Shown here: positions 1 to 9,518 of the stretch, piece after piece
Numbering within the stretch: the stretch's first letter is position 1
Layout of the letters: every line of letters begins with the position of its first letter
Source of the DNA: an uncultured Pseudomonadales bacterium
GTDB lineage: Bacteria > Patescibacteriota > Microgenomatia > UBA1400 > PJMF01
DNA length: 64,000 nucleotides
Direction of reading: 5' to 3'
Assembly: GCA_964570365.1 (NCBI GenBank)
Contig: CAZMXT010000001.1
Location: 9,440-73,439, forward strand
Notes under the pieces: generated by a model
Database searches by the model: none
What the model was told of the DNA's origin: nothing
The model's input: the letters and a program-made list of their open reading frames with translations, nothing else
Program-made: the position numbers and the translations under genes

Positions 1-2043
1 TGCACCAGTGTACGTCTTGTAAAAACTAAAGATATTCCACCAGATCACAAAGATTTTTTTACGCAGCTCAGAAACATCTTTTTCGCTAAAGTTTAGATTA
101 TCAGCCTTCATCACCACCGAGCTCATCAAGTATAAGCGCAAACTATCTACTCCATACTTATTGATCAACAGCATTGGGTCAGGGTAATTTTTCTTGGACT
201 TACTCATCTTAGAGCCATCTTCAGCCAGAATTGTTCCCGTCGTTACTGCATTCTGGAAAGCTGGCGCCTCAAAGATTCCCACTGACAAGACGTGCATACA
301 GTAGAACCAAGCTCGAGTTTGGGCGATGTACTCTGAGATAAACTGCGCTGGGTAGCTACTTTCAAACTCTGACTTGTGCTCGAATGGATAGTGTCGAGAA
401 GCAAAAGGCATACTGCCACTCTCCACCCAACAGTCAAAAACTTCGGGCGTACGCTTCCCTTTAACAGTTTTTGCATCATCAATCCAGACTTCAATATCAT
501 CTAAGAATTCGCGATGAATATCCGTTAAGGACTCCACTTGTGACGGAACTACCGCCCATTTCTGTAACTCCTCAATTGAACTGACCACCCTATATTGAGT
601 GGACAGCCCGACACTCGACTTTTTCCCAGCAGCGACCCAAATTGGCATTGGCGTTCCCCAATACCGAGAGCGAGAAATATTCCAATCTGGAGCAGTCTCT
701 AGGCCCTTACCAAATCGCCCGTGCTTGAGGTGCTCTGGATACCAGTCAACACTTTCGTTACTCTTGATTAACTCGGGCTTGAGCTTTTGGACGTCAATAA
801 ACCACGCTGGTACCGCACTATAGTACAGTGGAGTGCTGCAACGATAACAAAATGGATACGAGTGGGTGTATTTTTCAGCCTTGAAAACAAGATTTAGCTT
901 TTCGAGTTCGTCTATTAGCGTCTGCTCAGCCTTTTTGTAGAACATGCCCGCCACTGGCGTCACAAACTTAAAGAACTTTCCTTCATCATCTAAAGTAGGC
1001 ACACATGGCAGATTTTTCTCTTGGGCCAACGCATAGTCATCCTCCCCATAAATAGCGGCGGTGTGTACGATGCCCGTTCCATCAGTCAGGCTAACAAAAT
1101 TTGCGGTGGTGACGTAGTGGGCTTTTTTAGCATCAAGTGGCATGTAGTTAAATAACGGTTCATACTCAATCTTCTCGAGGTCTTTTCCTTTTACCGTTTC
1201 TATAATCTCAGGGTGGTGAATTTCGCGCATCTTGGCAACTTCAGTGACTTTATCTTTAGCCACCCAGTAAAAATCACCTTCAATCTCTATCTTTGAGTAC
1301 TCGGCATCGGGTAAGACTGCTAAAGCCACATTCCCAGGTAAGGTCCATGGCGTCGTCGTCCAAGCCAGGAAGTACTCATTTTTAGTATCTTTCCGCCGGA
1401 ACTTGATGTACACCGAGTTGTCTTGCACATCCTTATAGGAGTTATCCATGGCAATCTCGAAGTTAGATAATGGCGTAGCACAACGCGGACAGTAAAGCAC
1501 CACTTTGCGGCCTTGGTATATAAGCTCCTTTTGATCAAGCTGAGCAAAGCCCCACCAGACAGACTCCATATAAGTCTTATCCATGGTTTTGTAGGAGTTC
1601 TTGAAGTCTACCCAGCGGCCAATTCGGCGAATGATTACTTCCCAATCTTTATCAAAGCGCAGAATTGCCGACCGACAAGCCTGGTTAAAGTTATCAATCC
1701 CAAAAGTTTCAATACCTTTTTTACCACCCTTTAGGTCGAGCTCCTTCTCGATCATGTTCTCGATTGGTAGGCCATGACAGTCCCAACCCCAAACTCGATC
1801 AACTCGATAGCCCTTCATGGTCCAGTAGCGAGGGATAACATCTTTAATTGTGGAGGCTAAGATATGACCGTAATGGGGCAAACCTGTCGCAAATGGAGGT
1901 CCATCGTAGAAAATGTAGGGTTTCGACTCAGGTCGCTGCTCTACCGACTTCTTAAATGTTTGATCTTGATCCCAAAACGCTAACACTTCCTCCTCTAGCT
2001 TTGGGAAGTCTGGTAATTGAGCTATATTTGCTAGTTTCGGCAT
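1..2043 (-). CDS. ileS: Isoleucyl-tRNA synthetase (class I aaRS), 5' part of the gene (N-terminal portion of the protein). The C-terminus lies beyond the window start, which is why no ORF appears in the track
   Basis: Minus-strand translation from the ATG at 2043 gives 'MPKLANIAQLPDFPKLEEEVLAFW...FYDGPPFATGLPHYGHIL' (IleRS-type HxGH motif). A 'DGSKMSKSKKN' KMSKS motif is encoded around 195-225. The reading frame stays open to position 1. Confidence 0.85.
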   Translation of the reverse strand, partial: MPKLANIAQLPDFPKLEEEVLAFWDQDQTFKKSVEQRPESKPYIFYDGPPFATGLPHYGHILASTIKDVIPRYWTMKGYRVDRVWGWDCHGLPIENMIEKELDLKGGKKGIETFGIDNFNQACRSAILRFDKDWEVIIRRIGRWVDFKNSYKTMDKTYMESVWWGFAQLDQKELIYQGRKVVLYCPRCATPLSNFEIAMDNSYKDVQDNSVYIKFRRKDTKNEYFLAWTTTPWTLPGNVALAVLPDAEYSKIEIEGDFYWVAKDKVTEVAKMREIHHPEIIETVKGKDLEKIEYEPLFNYMPLDAKKAHYVTTANFVSLTDGTGIVHTAAIYGEDDYALAQEKNLPCVPTLDDEGKFFKFVTPVAGMFYKKAEQTLIDELEKLNLVFKAEKYTHSYPFCYRCSTPLYYSAVPAWFIDVQKLKPELIKSNESVDWYPEHLKHGRFGKGLETAPDWNISRSRYWGTPMPIWVAAGKKSSVGLSTQYRVVSSIEELQKWAVVPSQVESLTDIHREFLDDIEVWIDDAKTVKGKRTPEVFDCWVESGSMPFASRHYPFEHKSEFESSYPAQFISEYIAQTRAWFYCMHVLSVGIFEAPAFQNAVTTGTILAEDGSKMSKSKKNYPDPMLLINKYGVDSLRLYLMSSVVMKADNLNFSEKDVSELRKKIFVIWWNIFSFYKTYTGA

Positions 2044-2300
2044 AAAAAAAGCCTTTCACTCCCACTACAATTAATGAGAACAAAAGGCTTTTCTTGAAAA
2101 TTTCAGCAGCTTTGCTGAGGTTCTCAAAGAAAAAGGTACCAACCTTTTTATACTTCGTTACTGCTGTTACGGGCGTACCCGGCTTGGTCTATTTTTTCTA
2201 GCTGATAGTGTTGACTTCAGACAGAAATTTCTTCAAGCGCCTTGCTCAGTGATGCTGAACTCAAACGGTTATGGATTTATTATATACCATCTTGGATCAA
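2044..2300 (-). promoter_or_regulatory. Structured 257-nt leader upstream of ileS. A 10-bp stem hairpin (2047-2056 / 2083-2092) followed by a U-run abuts the start codon and overlaps an AAAGG Shine-Dalgarno-like element. Candidate T-box-like or attenuator/sequestrator leader
   Basis: Inverted repeat aaaagccttt...aaaggctttt on the transcribed (minus) strand is followed directly by UUU-AUG. Minus-strand 'AGGUUGGUACC' (plus 2135-2144) partially matches the T-box core GGGUGGUACC. The call rests on the aaRS context. Confidence 0.3.
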
Positions 2301-3683
2301 TTAAGCCGGGACCATCTTCCCATCAAGCATTTGACTCATCGTTTGCCACAGATTTGTATGAGGCTCCGCTTTATCAGGAATTTGCTGTAATCTTTTTTCT
2401 AACTCACGTCTCATCTCGTCTGCAATTATTGTTAAGCCAGCATCTCTAAGATGTTCGATTCCTTGCAACATGAAGAGGACATTAATTCTGCCGGAAGTAT
2501 GTGGGTCTTCAAAGAATGTTGCACAGCTGGTAAGAGCAGCTAGCATTGAGGACTCAGCACTCAGTATCGACATTGTTACATTTGAGTAAATGCCGCCAGG
2601 GTTATTTAAAGCATCAGAAAAGTTTTCCTCCAACCAATGACGGTGCTCATTAGGTAGTTGTGAGTATGCTACTTGTTTTATCCAGCCATTCATATCTTTG
2701 CACAATTGGTAAAAGGGCTTCTTCCACTCGCTGTTAGGGCCGCAAGCACAAATGTCATTCCACCTCCGCAAGTCTCCACAGTGACAGCTCCATGCGCTTC
2801 TTTCAACTAGATGGCCATTATGGTGCCCATCGTGAATATTAAATCCCACTCGATCCCAAATTTGTTCAAGTTGATTAATAGAGATGATCGAAGTTCCTCT
2901 ATTTGGCAGTGCTATTGTAAGTAAGTAATGAAGGAACTCAGCTCCACCCTTCCAGTGGTGGCCAAAAGTTTCAGCATCTGTAAAAGTTACTAAAGGCAAA
3001 CCATCGACCACCCGCATAAATGCTGGAAGTAGTTGGTCAACAACAAAGTTGTTTGCATTATGTTTAGGCTCAAAAGCAAATGCATGAGAGGCCTGCTTAT
3101 CGAAAGGAATAGCCTGCAGAACTCTTCCACTGGGTAAGGTCAGTTTAGTTGGCCTGTTATCAGAAGCAACTCCGGCTTCATCTTGCCGAACTTGATGCGG
3201 AGCCAACATTAAGCCTTTGTATCCAGCAGCCGCTATTTCTTCTAGAACTAACGTGGAGAGAGCTGATTCGGGCGCCCAAAAAAATAGGGGGGCTACTCCT
3301 CCTGAATCTCTTGTAAATTGTATTTTTCCTGCTCTGATTAAAAGTTGTACATCATCATGTGGGAGGTCTGGCAAGATTGCATGAATAAAGGAATCTCCAA
3401 TACCATTATTTCCTAGATTCCGATTAATTTCAGCTCCAGTATTGGGATCTATTTCACTAACGCTGTGACGAACAGTTGCATATGCATCAAATGTTGCTAG
3501 AGCAAAAACCCCCAGATCAGCTAAAACTCTATAACATTCTGCATTTACTACAGCTGTCCAGTCCTCACCCATGGGGTCTGTACTAACATGACTAAATTGG
3601 TTGTGCTTGGGATGACGAGGAGGCTGATACTGATGAAAACCAGGTATGTAAGAGCTCTCATTCTTATCGCCTTGGAAAGCCAT
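2301..3683 (-). CDS. Glycoside hydrolase family 57-like protein (alpha-glucan-active enzyme family)
   Basis: N-terminal 'GFHQYQPPRHP' matches the GH57 HQP signature region. 'FTDAETFGHHW' and surrounding regions resemble GH57 conserved blocks. 460 aa. Confidence 0.5.
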   Translation of the reverse strand: MAFQGDKNESSYIPGFHQYQPPRHPKHNQFSHVSTDPMGEDWTAVVNAECYRVLADLGVFALATFDAYATVRHSVSEIDPNTGAEINRNLGNNGIGDSFIHAILPDLPHDDVQLLIRAGKIQFTRDSGGVAPLFFWAPESALSTLVLEEIAAAGYKGLMLAPHQVRQDEAGVASDNRPTKLTLPSGRVLQAIPFDKQASHAFAFEPKHNANNFVVDQLLPAFMRVVDGLPLVTFTDAETFGHHWKGGAEFLHYLLTIALPNRGTSIISINQLEQIWDRVGFNIHDGHHNGHLVERSAWSCHCGDLRRWNDICACGPNSEWKKPFYQLCKDMNGWIKQVAYSQLPNEHRHWLEENFSDALNNPGGIYSNVTMSILSAESSMLAALTSCATFFEDPHTSGRINVLFMLQGIEHLRDAGLTIIADEMRRELEKRLQQIPDKAEPHTNLWQTMSQMLDGKMVPA

Positions 3684-3740
3684 AAAACAGATAGTAGACT
3701 TCTAAAGTTCTACAGTCAATACATCAAGGATATGTTGGAA

Positions 3741-5144
3741 TTACTTCTTATTCCGTAGAAATGCGGGGATATCGAACTCATCCTCAAACTCATTAGCTCC
3801 ACCCACTTGAGAGACTGGTAGGGGGGTAGTTATTGCAGAGTGATCAGAAGAATCGTCGTTGGGAGCGCTATTATCTCCAGCTGAAGTAGTAGTAGTAGTA
3901 GTAGCGGCTGGCATGCCAAATGCATCTCCAAAGGCCTGAGATCGAACTAAAGGTGTCTGCATGGCTGCAGGTGGAGTGTTAAGGCTCGAAGCAATTTGAC
4001 TAGTAGTTTGAGGCTGGGTAAAGGAAGTGGGAGCCCGATCAATCCTCGGGCTGTCACTCGATATCGAGTCACTTGTAGAGGAACGATCTGCTGGCTTAGA
4101 AAGTCGTGATCCTGATTCCCTCCCAAAGGCACCAAAAAGTGGTCTGTTAGAAGATGAATATCCCATCTGCTTTTCATCAAAACCCGTTGCGATCACACTG
4201 ATTTTAATTGTTGATCCCATGTTCTCATCAATCGTTGCTCCAAAAATGATGTTGGCATCTGGTGCAGCGGCTGAGGCAATAATCGTGGATGCATCAGAAA
4301 CTTCACTCATCGACATGTCAGGGCCACCAATAATGTTATAGAGAATGCCCTTCGCCCCGTCTATTGATACCTCCAGCAATGGAGAAGAAACGGCCATTCG
4401 GGCTGCAGTCGCAGCTCGGTTTTCTCCGCTCGCTTGACCAATTCCCATTAAGGCTGAGCCTGATTCGGACATAATCGTCTTGACATCAGCAAAGTCGACG
4501 TTAATCAAGCCAGGAACTGTAATCAGATCTGAGATGCCTTGAACGCCTTGACCTAAAACGTTGTCAGCCAAGCGGAAAGCGTCGAGTAACGTCATTTTCT
4601 TATCAACTACATCCATCAAGCGTTGATTAGGAATGACAATCAACGTGTCAACATTATCTTTGAGCTGCTCAATCCCTTCTTCAGCTGATTGCATCCGTCG
4701 AATACCTTCAAAAGCAAATGGCTTCGTCACTACGGCTACTGTTAGAGCCCCAGATTCCTTGGCAATCTCAGCAATGACTGGAGAAGCACCAGTTCCGGTC
4801 CCACCACCCATGCCAGCCGTGATAAAGACCATATCGGAATCGTAGAGCAGATCTTTTAATTTTTCGCGGCTCTCTTCAGCGGCAGTATGCCCTACTTCAG
4901 GATCAGCGCCAGAACCCAAACCCTTTGTGAAGTTGCTGCCTATTTGAACTTTTGTTTCTGCCTTGGAGGAAAGAAGCGCTTGCGCATCAGTATTCACGGT
5001 GATGAACTCAACGCCTTGAATTTGGTTCGAGGTAATCATCGAGTTCACCGCATTTCCACCGCCACCACCAACTCCGACGACCTTAATCTTAGCGAAAGTG
5101 GTATTGCTTGGTTTAACGAGACCCATGAGTTCCTTGGAAATCAA
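3741..5144 (-). CDS. ftsZ: Cell division GTPase FtsZ with a long Thr/Ser-rich disordered C-terminal linker and conserved C-terminal peptide (DIPAFLR)
   Basis: '[13 protein letters not shown]' and '[18 protein letters not shown]' tubulin signature motifs. The (act/agt)n codon run at ~3880-3905 encodes poly-Thr in the linker. Confidence 0.97.
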   Translation of the reverse strand: MISKELMGLVKPSNTTFAKIKVVGVGGGGGNAVNSMITSNQIQGVEFITVNTDAQALLSSKAETKVQIGSNFTKGLGSGADPEVGHTAAEESREKLKDLLYDSDMVFITAGMGGGTGTGASPVIAEIAKESGALTVAVVTKPFAFEGIRRMQSAEEGIEQLKDNVDTLIVIPNQRLMDVVDKKMTLLDAFRLADNVLGQGVQGISDLITVPGLINVDFADVKTIMSESGSALMGIGQASGENRAATAARMAVSSPLLEVSIDGAKGILYNIIGGPDMSMSEVSDASTIIASAAAPDANIIFGATIDENMGSTIKISVIATGFDEKQMGYSSSNRPLFGAFGRESGSRLSKPADRSSTSDSISSDSPRIDRAPTSFTQPQTTSQIASSLNTPPAAMQTPLVRSQAFGDAFGMPAATTTTTTSAGDNSAPNDDSSDHSAITTPLPVSQVGGANEFEDEFDIPAFLRNKK

Positions 5145-5195
5145 GTAATGTTGCGCTGTATCTTATCATTTCTTTGCAAACATGGGAAAGGCATT

Positions 5196-6506
5196 TTATG
5201 GGAGCACCGACTTGATTAGCGCTACACCTTTTTGAATGATAGCTCCTACTTTAATTTTCTGAAACATTTGGCTGATTCGGAAGTTGCTAGCGTTGGGACG
5301 CCCTCCACCGCGCTTTGCTGCGTAGGTCAGTAAACCAATAGCGGTAGCATAAGAAGGCTTCTGAATATCATCGATCAAGCCTTTCAATTCGGTCGGTTGA
5401 CCTACTCGAGCTGGCAGGTTCAGTGTTCGCTTGGCTACTTCCACAATACCAACTGTTTCGGCACCGCCACCTGAAAGAACCAGCCCCGCGGGAACCAAGG
5501 GGACTAGGTGATGCTTTTGCAGATCTTGTAAGATCATAGTGAACATTTCTTTCATTCGAGGTACCATGATGCCTTCAACCAGCGTTCGCTTTGAGAGTGT
5601 GTCAACATTTTCGTAAATTCCCAGCTGGACTAAATCTAAGTTATCTTCGGCTTTTTGTCTTTTTCTAAAGTCTTCTTTAGATTCTTCAGAATGAGGCTTC
5701 AGATTCAGTAATTGGTCTTGAGAAAGTGAGAGCTTAATTTTTTCTGCCGCATCTAAGCTGATTCGGCAACCTAGAGCAATATCTTGGGTAATGTGGCGGG
5801 CACCAATAGGCAACACCCCTGAGTACGTCAGTGCTCCTTCTACATAGGCACAGACAGACGTTGAGCCAGCGCCAATATCGACTAAGACAACTCCCAGCTC
5901 TTTCTCTGTTTCTGAGACCATCACTTCAGCAGCTGCTAAGCCGGAAAACACAAAGCCATCTAGTTCCAAACCCAGATCTTGAACTATCTTGGCTAGATTC
6001 TTTAAGGCTGTAGTCTGGGCAGTAATAATGTGCGCTTCAGCTTCCAAGCGAACTCCCGTCATACCCACTGGGTCTTTAATGCCTTGCTGAGCATCAACGG
6101 CGAAATCTCGTGGAATAACATGAATAATCTCCCGCGCGGAGGGCAAAGAAATAGCTCGAGCCGCTTCTAATACTCGAGAGACGTCCTCAGCTGTAATCTC
6201 CTGAGTTGGCGCAGCTACTGCCACCACGCCTTTGGAGTTTTGGGAGAGGATATTCGGTCCAGACAGGGAAGCCGTCACTGATTTTGCCTCAACTCCCGCC
6301 ATTCTCTCAGCAGAATCTAAACTACTGGTCATTGTTTCCAGAACATCTTCTAAGTCAACAATCTGGCTTTTGCGCATTCCCTTAGAAGGAACTGCCGCTA
6401 CACCTAAGACCTGAATGCCTCTGTTCTCGGGGTCAACCGCACCAATCAGGGTAACACACTTGTCAGTGCCTAGGTCAATAATAGTAATGGTTGAGGTTCG
6501 CTGCAT
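5196..6506 (-). CDS. ftsA: Cell division protein FtsA (actin-like ATPase). The track ORF extends to 6587, but the likely start is the ATG at 6506
   Basis: 'ITIIDLGTDKCVTLIG' N-terminal phosphate-1 motif and 'VLVDIGAGSTSV' phosphate-2 motif. The first 27 codons of the ORF overlap the ftsQ 3' end and lack homology. Confidence 0.9.
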   Translation of the reverse strand: MQRTSTITIIDLGTDKCVTLIGAVDPENRGIQVLGVAAVPSKGMRKSQIVDLEDVLETMTSSLDSAERMAGVEAKSVTASLSGPNILSQNSKGVVAVAAPTQEITAEDVSRVLEAARAISLPSAREIIHVIPRDFAVDAQQGIKDPVGMTGVRLEAEAHIITAQTTALKNLAKIVQDLGLELDGFVFSGLAAAEVMVSETEKELGVVLVDIGAGSTSVCAYVEGALTYSGVLPIGARHITQDIALGCRISLDAAEKIKLSLSQDQLLNLKPHSEESKEDFRKRQKAEDNLDLVQLGIYENVDTLSKRTLVEGIMVPRMKEMFTMILQDLQKHHLVPLVPAGLVLSGGGAETVGIVEVAKRTLNLPARVGQPTELKGLIDDIQKPSYATAIGLLTYAAKRGGGRPNASNFRISQMFQKIKVGAIIQKGVALIKSVLP

Positions 6507-6564
6507 AAAGATAAGGACGTGAACTAGGATACCAAAATCTGAAGGTCTTGTGTACAGCTCTTTT

Positions 6565-7284
6565 TTAAAGTGAGTGTCGCAAAACAATGTGTTGGTACCG
6601 TAGATCTATTATTGTAATCGGTTCTTTGAGTTCTTGAAAGTCAAAAGAATTGAGCAAAAAACGCAGTTTCTCTAGCGAAATGAGTACTTCGTTTAGGTTT
6701 AAGATGGCTGTTCGCGACTCAGGCAGTGTCAGCTCCACTTCGTTTTCAGAGACTAGATTGACTCGACTGCCCTTTAAGCTATCTCTATCAATATTTTCAA
6801 TTAACTCTATGAGATTACTGTGCAACGATGAATTTATTCTCCCTCGTAGTTGCATTGGAGGTAAGAAAGTTTGCTGCTGATTAATCACTGGTAGCCCGCT
6901 TTGACTTGCTGCTTGTGAAATAATGTATCCTGCTTCATCAACCACCCAAAGCAGACCCGCTTTTTCTTGCAAGATATACTTTTCAACTGAAGGTATAAAC
7001 TCAATCTGAACTTCCTGAGGCAATTTTTTTTTGATCTGAAAACTCTGCAGGAACGGGGCATATTCAGTAATTTGTTGACCTATTTGATAAAAGTCAGTAA
7101 AAAAGATTGATTTTCCTTTATACGATTCTAACTCTGCAACGACATAGTCTGGACACACGTCTTGAGATACTTGGCAAGTAATCTGCCGGACGGTAAAAAG
7201 CTGAGTAACATGGGCATAGACCCCGGTAATTAGGAGTAAAAGTAGACAGAACAAGGCCAGCAGGGGCTGCCAGTTTTTTCTCAT
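6565..7284 (-). CDS. ftsQ: Cell division protein FtsQ/DivIB (single N-terminal TM helix plus POTRA domain)
   Basis: N-terminal hydrophobic segment 'LLALFCLLLLLITGVYA' is followed by a POTRA-like region. The position between murG and ftsA is canonical. Confidence 0.7.
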   Translation of the reverse strand: MRKNWQPLLALFCLLLLLITGVYAHVTQLFTVRQITCQVSQDVCPDYVVAELESYKGKSIFFTDFYQIGQQITEYAPFLQSFQIKKKLPQEVQIEFIPSVEKYILQEKAGLLWVVDEAGYIISQAASQSGLPVINQQQTFLPPMQLRGRINSSLHSNLIELIENIDRDSLKGSRVNLVSENEVELTLPESRTAILNLNEVLISLEKLRFLLNSFDFQELKEPITIIDLRYQHIVLRHSL

Positions 7285-7305
7285 TTTTACAGTATACGTA
7301 CTTCG

Positions 7306-8433
7306 CTAGGCCACTGAAAGACGAACTAGGTTGTAGAGCTCTTTGTCTCCATCTAGCTTCACGGTAGACTGAGCGACCTCCGCGTGAAGGTTCAAAGAGC
7401 CCAATTTTTTCTTTGCTCGGGTAATCGACGCTAGCAAGCTCTGAGGAGTAAGGTCTTTTTGAGGTAGAATTATCGCAGAGCCTACGCTTGCCATAACCTC
7501 GGCATTCTTGGATTGTTCATCCTGTGGAGCATGAAGCAGCGGAATCAAAATCGCGGGCTTCGCTAGGGCCATCAGCTCTTGAATCGTGTTCGCCCCTGCT
7601 CTGGAGACCACCAGTGAAGTCTTTCGATAAACCCAAGCCAATTCATTTTCAGTTAACCACTCTCGCACTACGTAATTCTTTTGCTGTTCCGGACTGAGCT
7701 GGTAATGCGCTCTTTCCAAAGTTTTTTGGTAGTCCATCACAACCGTTGGATTTCCACATTGATGAATAACAAACCAGTCTTTAGTGAGTTCAGATAAAAC
7801 TTGTGCCACCATGACGTTAATAATCTGGGAACCTTGATTTCCCCCAGTGATGTAAAGCATGGGCTTAGTTGGTGACTGTTTTAACCAGCTCGGGACTTTT
7901 CCTCTTGTCTCAATTATCTTACTGCGAAGAGGATTGCCTGTCAGAATTGTTTTATTCTGTGAAAATAAAGTCAATGAATCAGGATATGAAACAGCAATTT
8001 TTTTGGCTAACCGAGCAATAAATTGGTTGGCCACACCTGCCACCCGTGTTTGCTCATGAGTAATAATTGGGATGCCAAGCGTGAAGGCTGCGATGGCTAA
8101 TGGCACTGCTAAGTACCCCCCAAAGGATAAAAAAACATCAGGTTGCTCTTGTTTGAGAATCTGACGAGCCCGGACCAAAGAACTGCCAAACTGGATACCT
8201 TGTTTTACTAAAAGGAGGGGTCGAAAAGAGCTGGGTACTTTTCCAGCCCCAAACTCAACAAATGCAACTCCTCGCCGGCTAACTTCCTCTTTTTCCTGAC
8301 TTTGTTGCTTCAACTCAGTTTGGCTAAAGTTTCTCCCGACAAATACAAACTCATCTTTTGCAGGCAACGTTTGGGCATAGTCAATCAAGGCTAATGCTGG
8401 AGTAAGATGACCGCCAGATATAAGTACTTTCAT
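7306..8433 (-). CDS. murG: UDP-GlcNAc:lipid I GlcNAc transferase MurG
   Basis: 'MKVLISGGHLTPALAL', 'GGYLAVPLAIAAF...ITHEQ' and C-terminal GT28 motifs. dcw synteny. Confidence 0.92.
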   Translation of the reverse strand: MKVLISGGHLTPALALIDYAQTLPAKDEFVFVGRNFSQTELKQQSQEKEEVSRRGVAFVEFGAGKVPSSFRPLLLVKQGIQFGSSLVRARQILKQEQPDVFLSFGGYLAVPLAIAAFTLGIPIITHEQTRVAGVANQFIARLAKKIAVSYPDSLTLFSQNKTILTGNPLRSKIIETRGKVPSWLKQSPTKPMLYITGGNQGSQIINVMVAQVLSELTKDWFVIHQCGNPTVVMDYQKTLERAHYQLSPEQQKNYVVREWLTENELAWVYRKTSLVVSRAGANTIQELMALAKPAILIPLLHAPQDEQSKNAEVMASVGSAIILPQKDLTPQSLLASITRAKKKLGSLNLHAEVAQSTVKLDGDKELYNLVRLSVA

Positions 8434-9518
8434 ACGCGTGAATGTCGACGGCCTATCCCGATCAAGATGCCGGTAATCGATAATACCATTACCAATGCCG
8501 TTCCCCCGTAAGAAAAGAAAGGTAAAGGTACTCCTGTTAAGGGAACCAACGCTACAATTGACGCCAAATTTAAGACAATTTGCATTCCTATCCAGATCAT
8601 AATTCCCGCTGCCAGAAGGTGCTCGTACGAGCCTTCGACAGTTTTTTGGACAATTTTGTATGCTAACCTCAAGTATAAAGCAAACGAAGCAAAGACTAGC
8701 AGCGAACCTAAAAATCCCACCTCCTCGGCTACAATCGCAAAGATGGAGTCTGTACTCGCTTCAGGAATATAAGAAAATTTTTGACGCGACTTTCCAATTC
8801 CCTGGCCGAACAGTCCGCCATTTCCCAAAGCAATCGTAATTTGGCGGATGTGGAAACTTGCTCCTAATGGATCTGATTCCGGATTCAGAAAGGTGGTCAC
8901 CCGCTGGTATCGATAGGGTGATGTCACTACGAGCAGAATTAAGCAAAGAACTCCAGCTACTCCCGTAAATAAAAACGTTTTTAATGGTGCACCAGCCAAA
9001 AAATAGAGACCAAATGCAATAGCCAAAGTAATCAGAGCAGAACCCATATCAGGCTGAAGAAAAAGTAATCCGACTGGAATCAGAGTCAAAAAGAGAAAAG
9101 GACCTAATTTTTGATGCTTTTCCATCCAGCTAGCAAAAAAACAAATCATGGCAAACTTGACTAGTTCTACTGGCTGAAAACTAAATCCTAAAAAACCTAT
9201 CCACCTGCGCGCGCCATTCACCTCAAAGCCTATCCCTGGCACAAAAACCAGCAATAAGAGAAAGATACTCAGACCATATAGAAGTGGAGCACTCTTTTTC
9301 CAGACCTGACTGGGCACTATCACTCCAGCTATGAGACCCACCAGACCTACTATCAGCCAGAGGGCCTGTTGGCGCACAAAGTAAAATTGATTTCCAAATC
9401 GGGCAAAAGCTTCGGCGACTGAGGCCTCAAAAACAAAAAGCAGACCAACTACTGATAAAAGTAACGTTAATAAAAGTAGCGCTTTCTCTGGTGTTGGTAC
9501 AGGTTTTTTTAAGTTCAT
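8430..9518 (-). CDS. ftsW: SEDS-family peptidoglycan glycosyltransferase FtsW
   Basis: Polytopic membrane protein with the SEDS conserved C-terminal region 'PLPFFSYGGTALV'. Lies between murD and murG. Confidence 0.9.
   Translation of the reverse strand: MNLKKPVPTPEKALLLLTLLLSVVGLLFVFEASVAEAFARFGNQFYFVRQQALWLIVGLVGLIAGVIVPSQVWKKSAPLLYGLSIFLLLLVFVPGIGFEVNGARRWIGFLGFSFQPVELVKFAMICFFASWMEKHQKLGPFLFLTLIPVGLLFLQPDMGSALITLAIAFGLYFLAGAPLKTFLFTGVAGVLCLILLVVTSPYRYQRVTTFLNPESDPLGASFHIRQITIALGNGGLFGQGIGKSRQKFSYIPEASTDSIFAIVAEEVGFLGSLLVFASFALYLRLAYKIVQKTVEGSYEHLLAAGIMIWIGMQIVLNLASIVALVPLTGVPLPFFSYGGTALVMVLSITGILIGIGRRHSRV

Noticed and set aside
1-2043. No ORF in the provided track across the first 2 kb despite obvious coding signal
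   Set aside because: Not a non-coding region. The minus-strand ileS frame is open to the window edge, so it has no in-window stop and the ORF caller skipped it. The KMSKS and HxGH motifs are present.
3880-3905. Trinucleotide (agt)n microsatellite-like run
   Set aside because: It is in frame within ftsZ and encodes the poly-Thr part of the disordered linker. It is not a CRISPR repeat or an independent repeat element.
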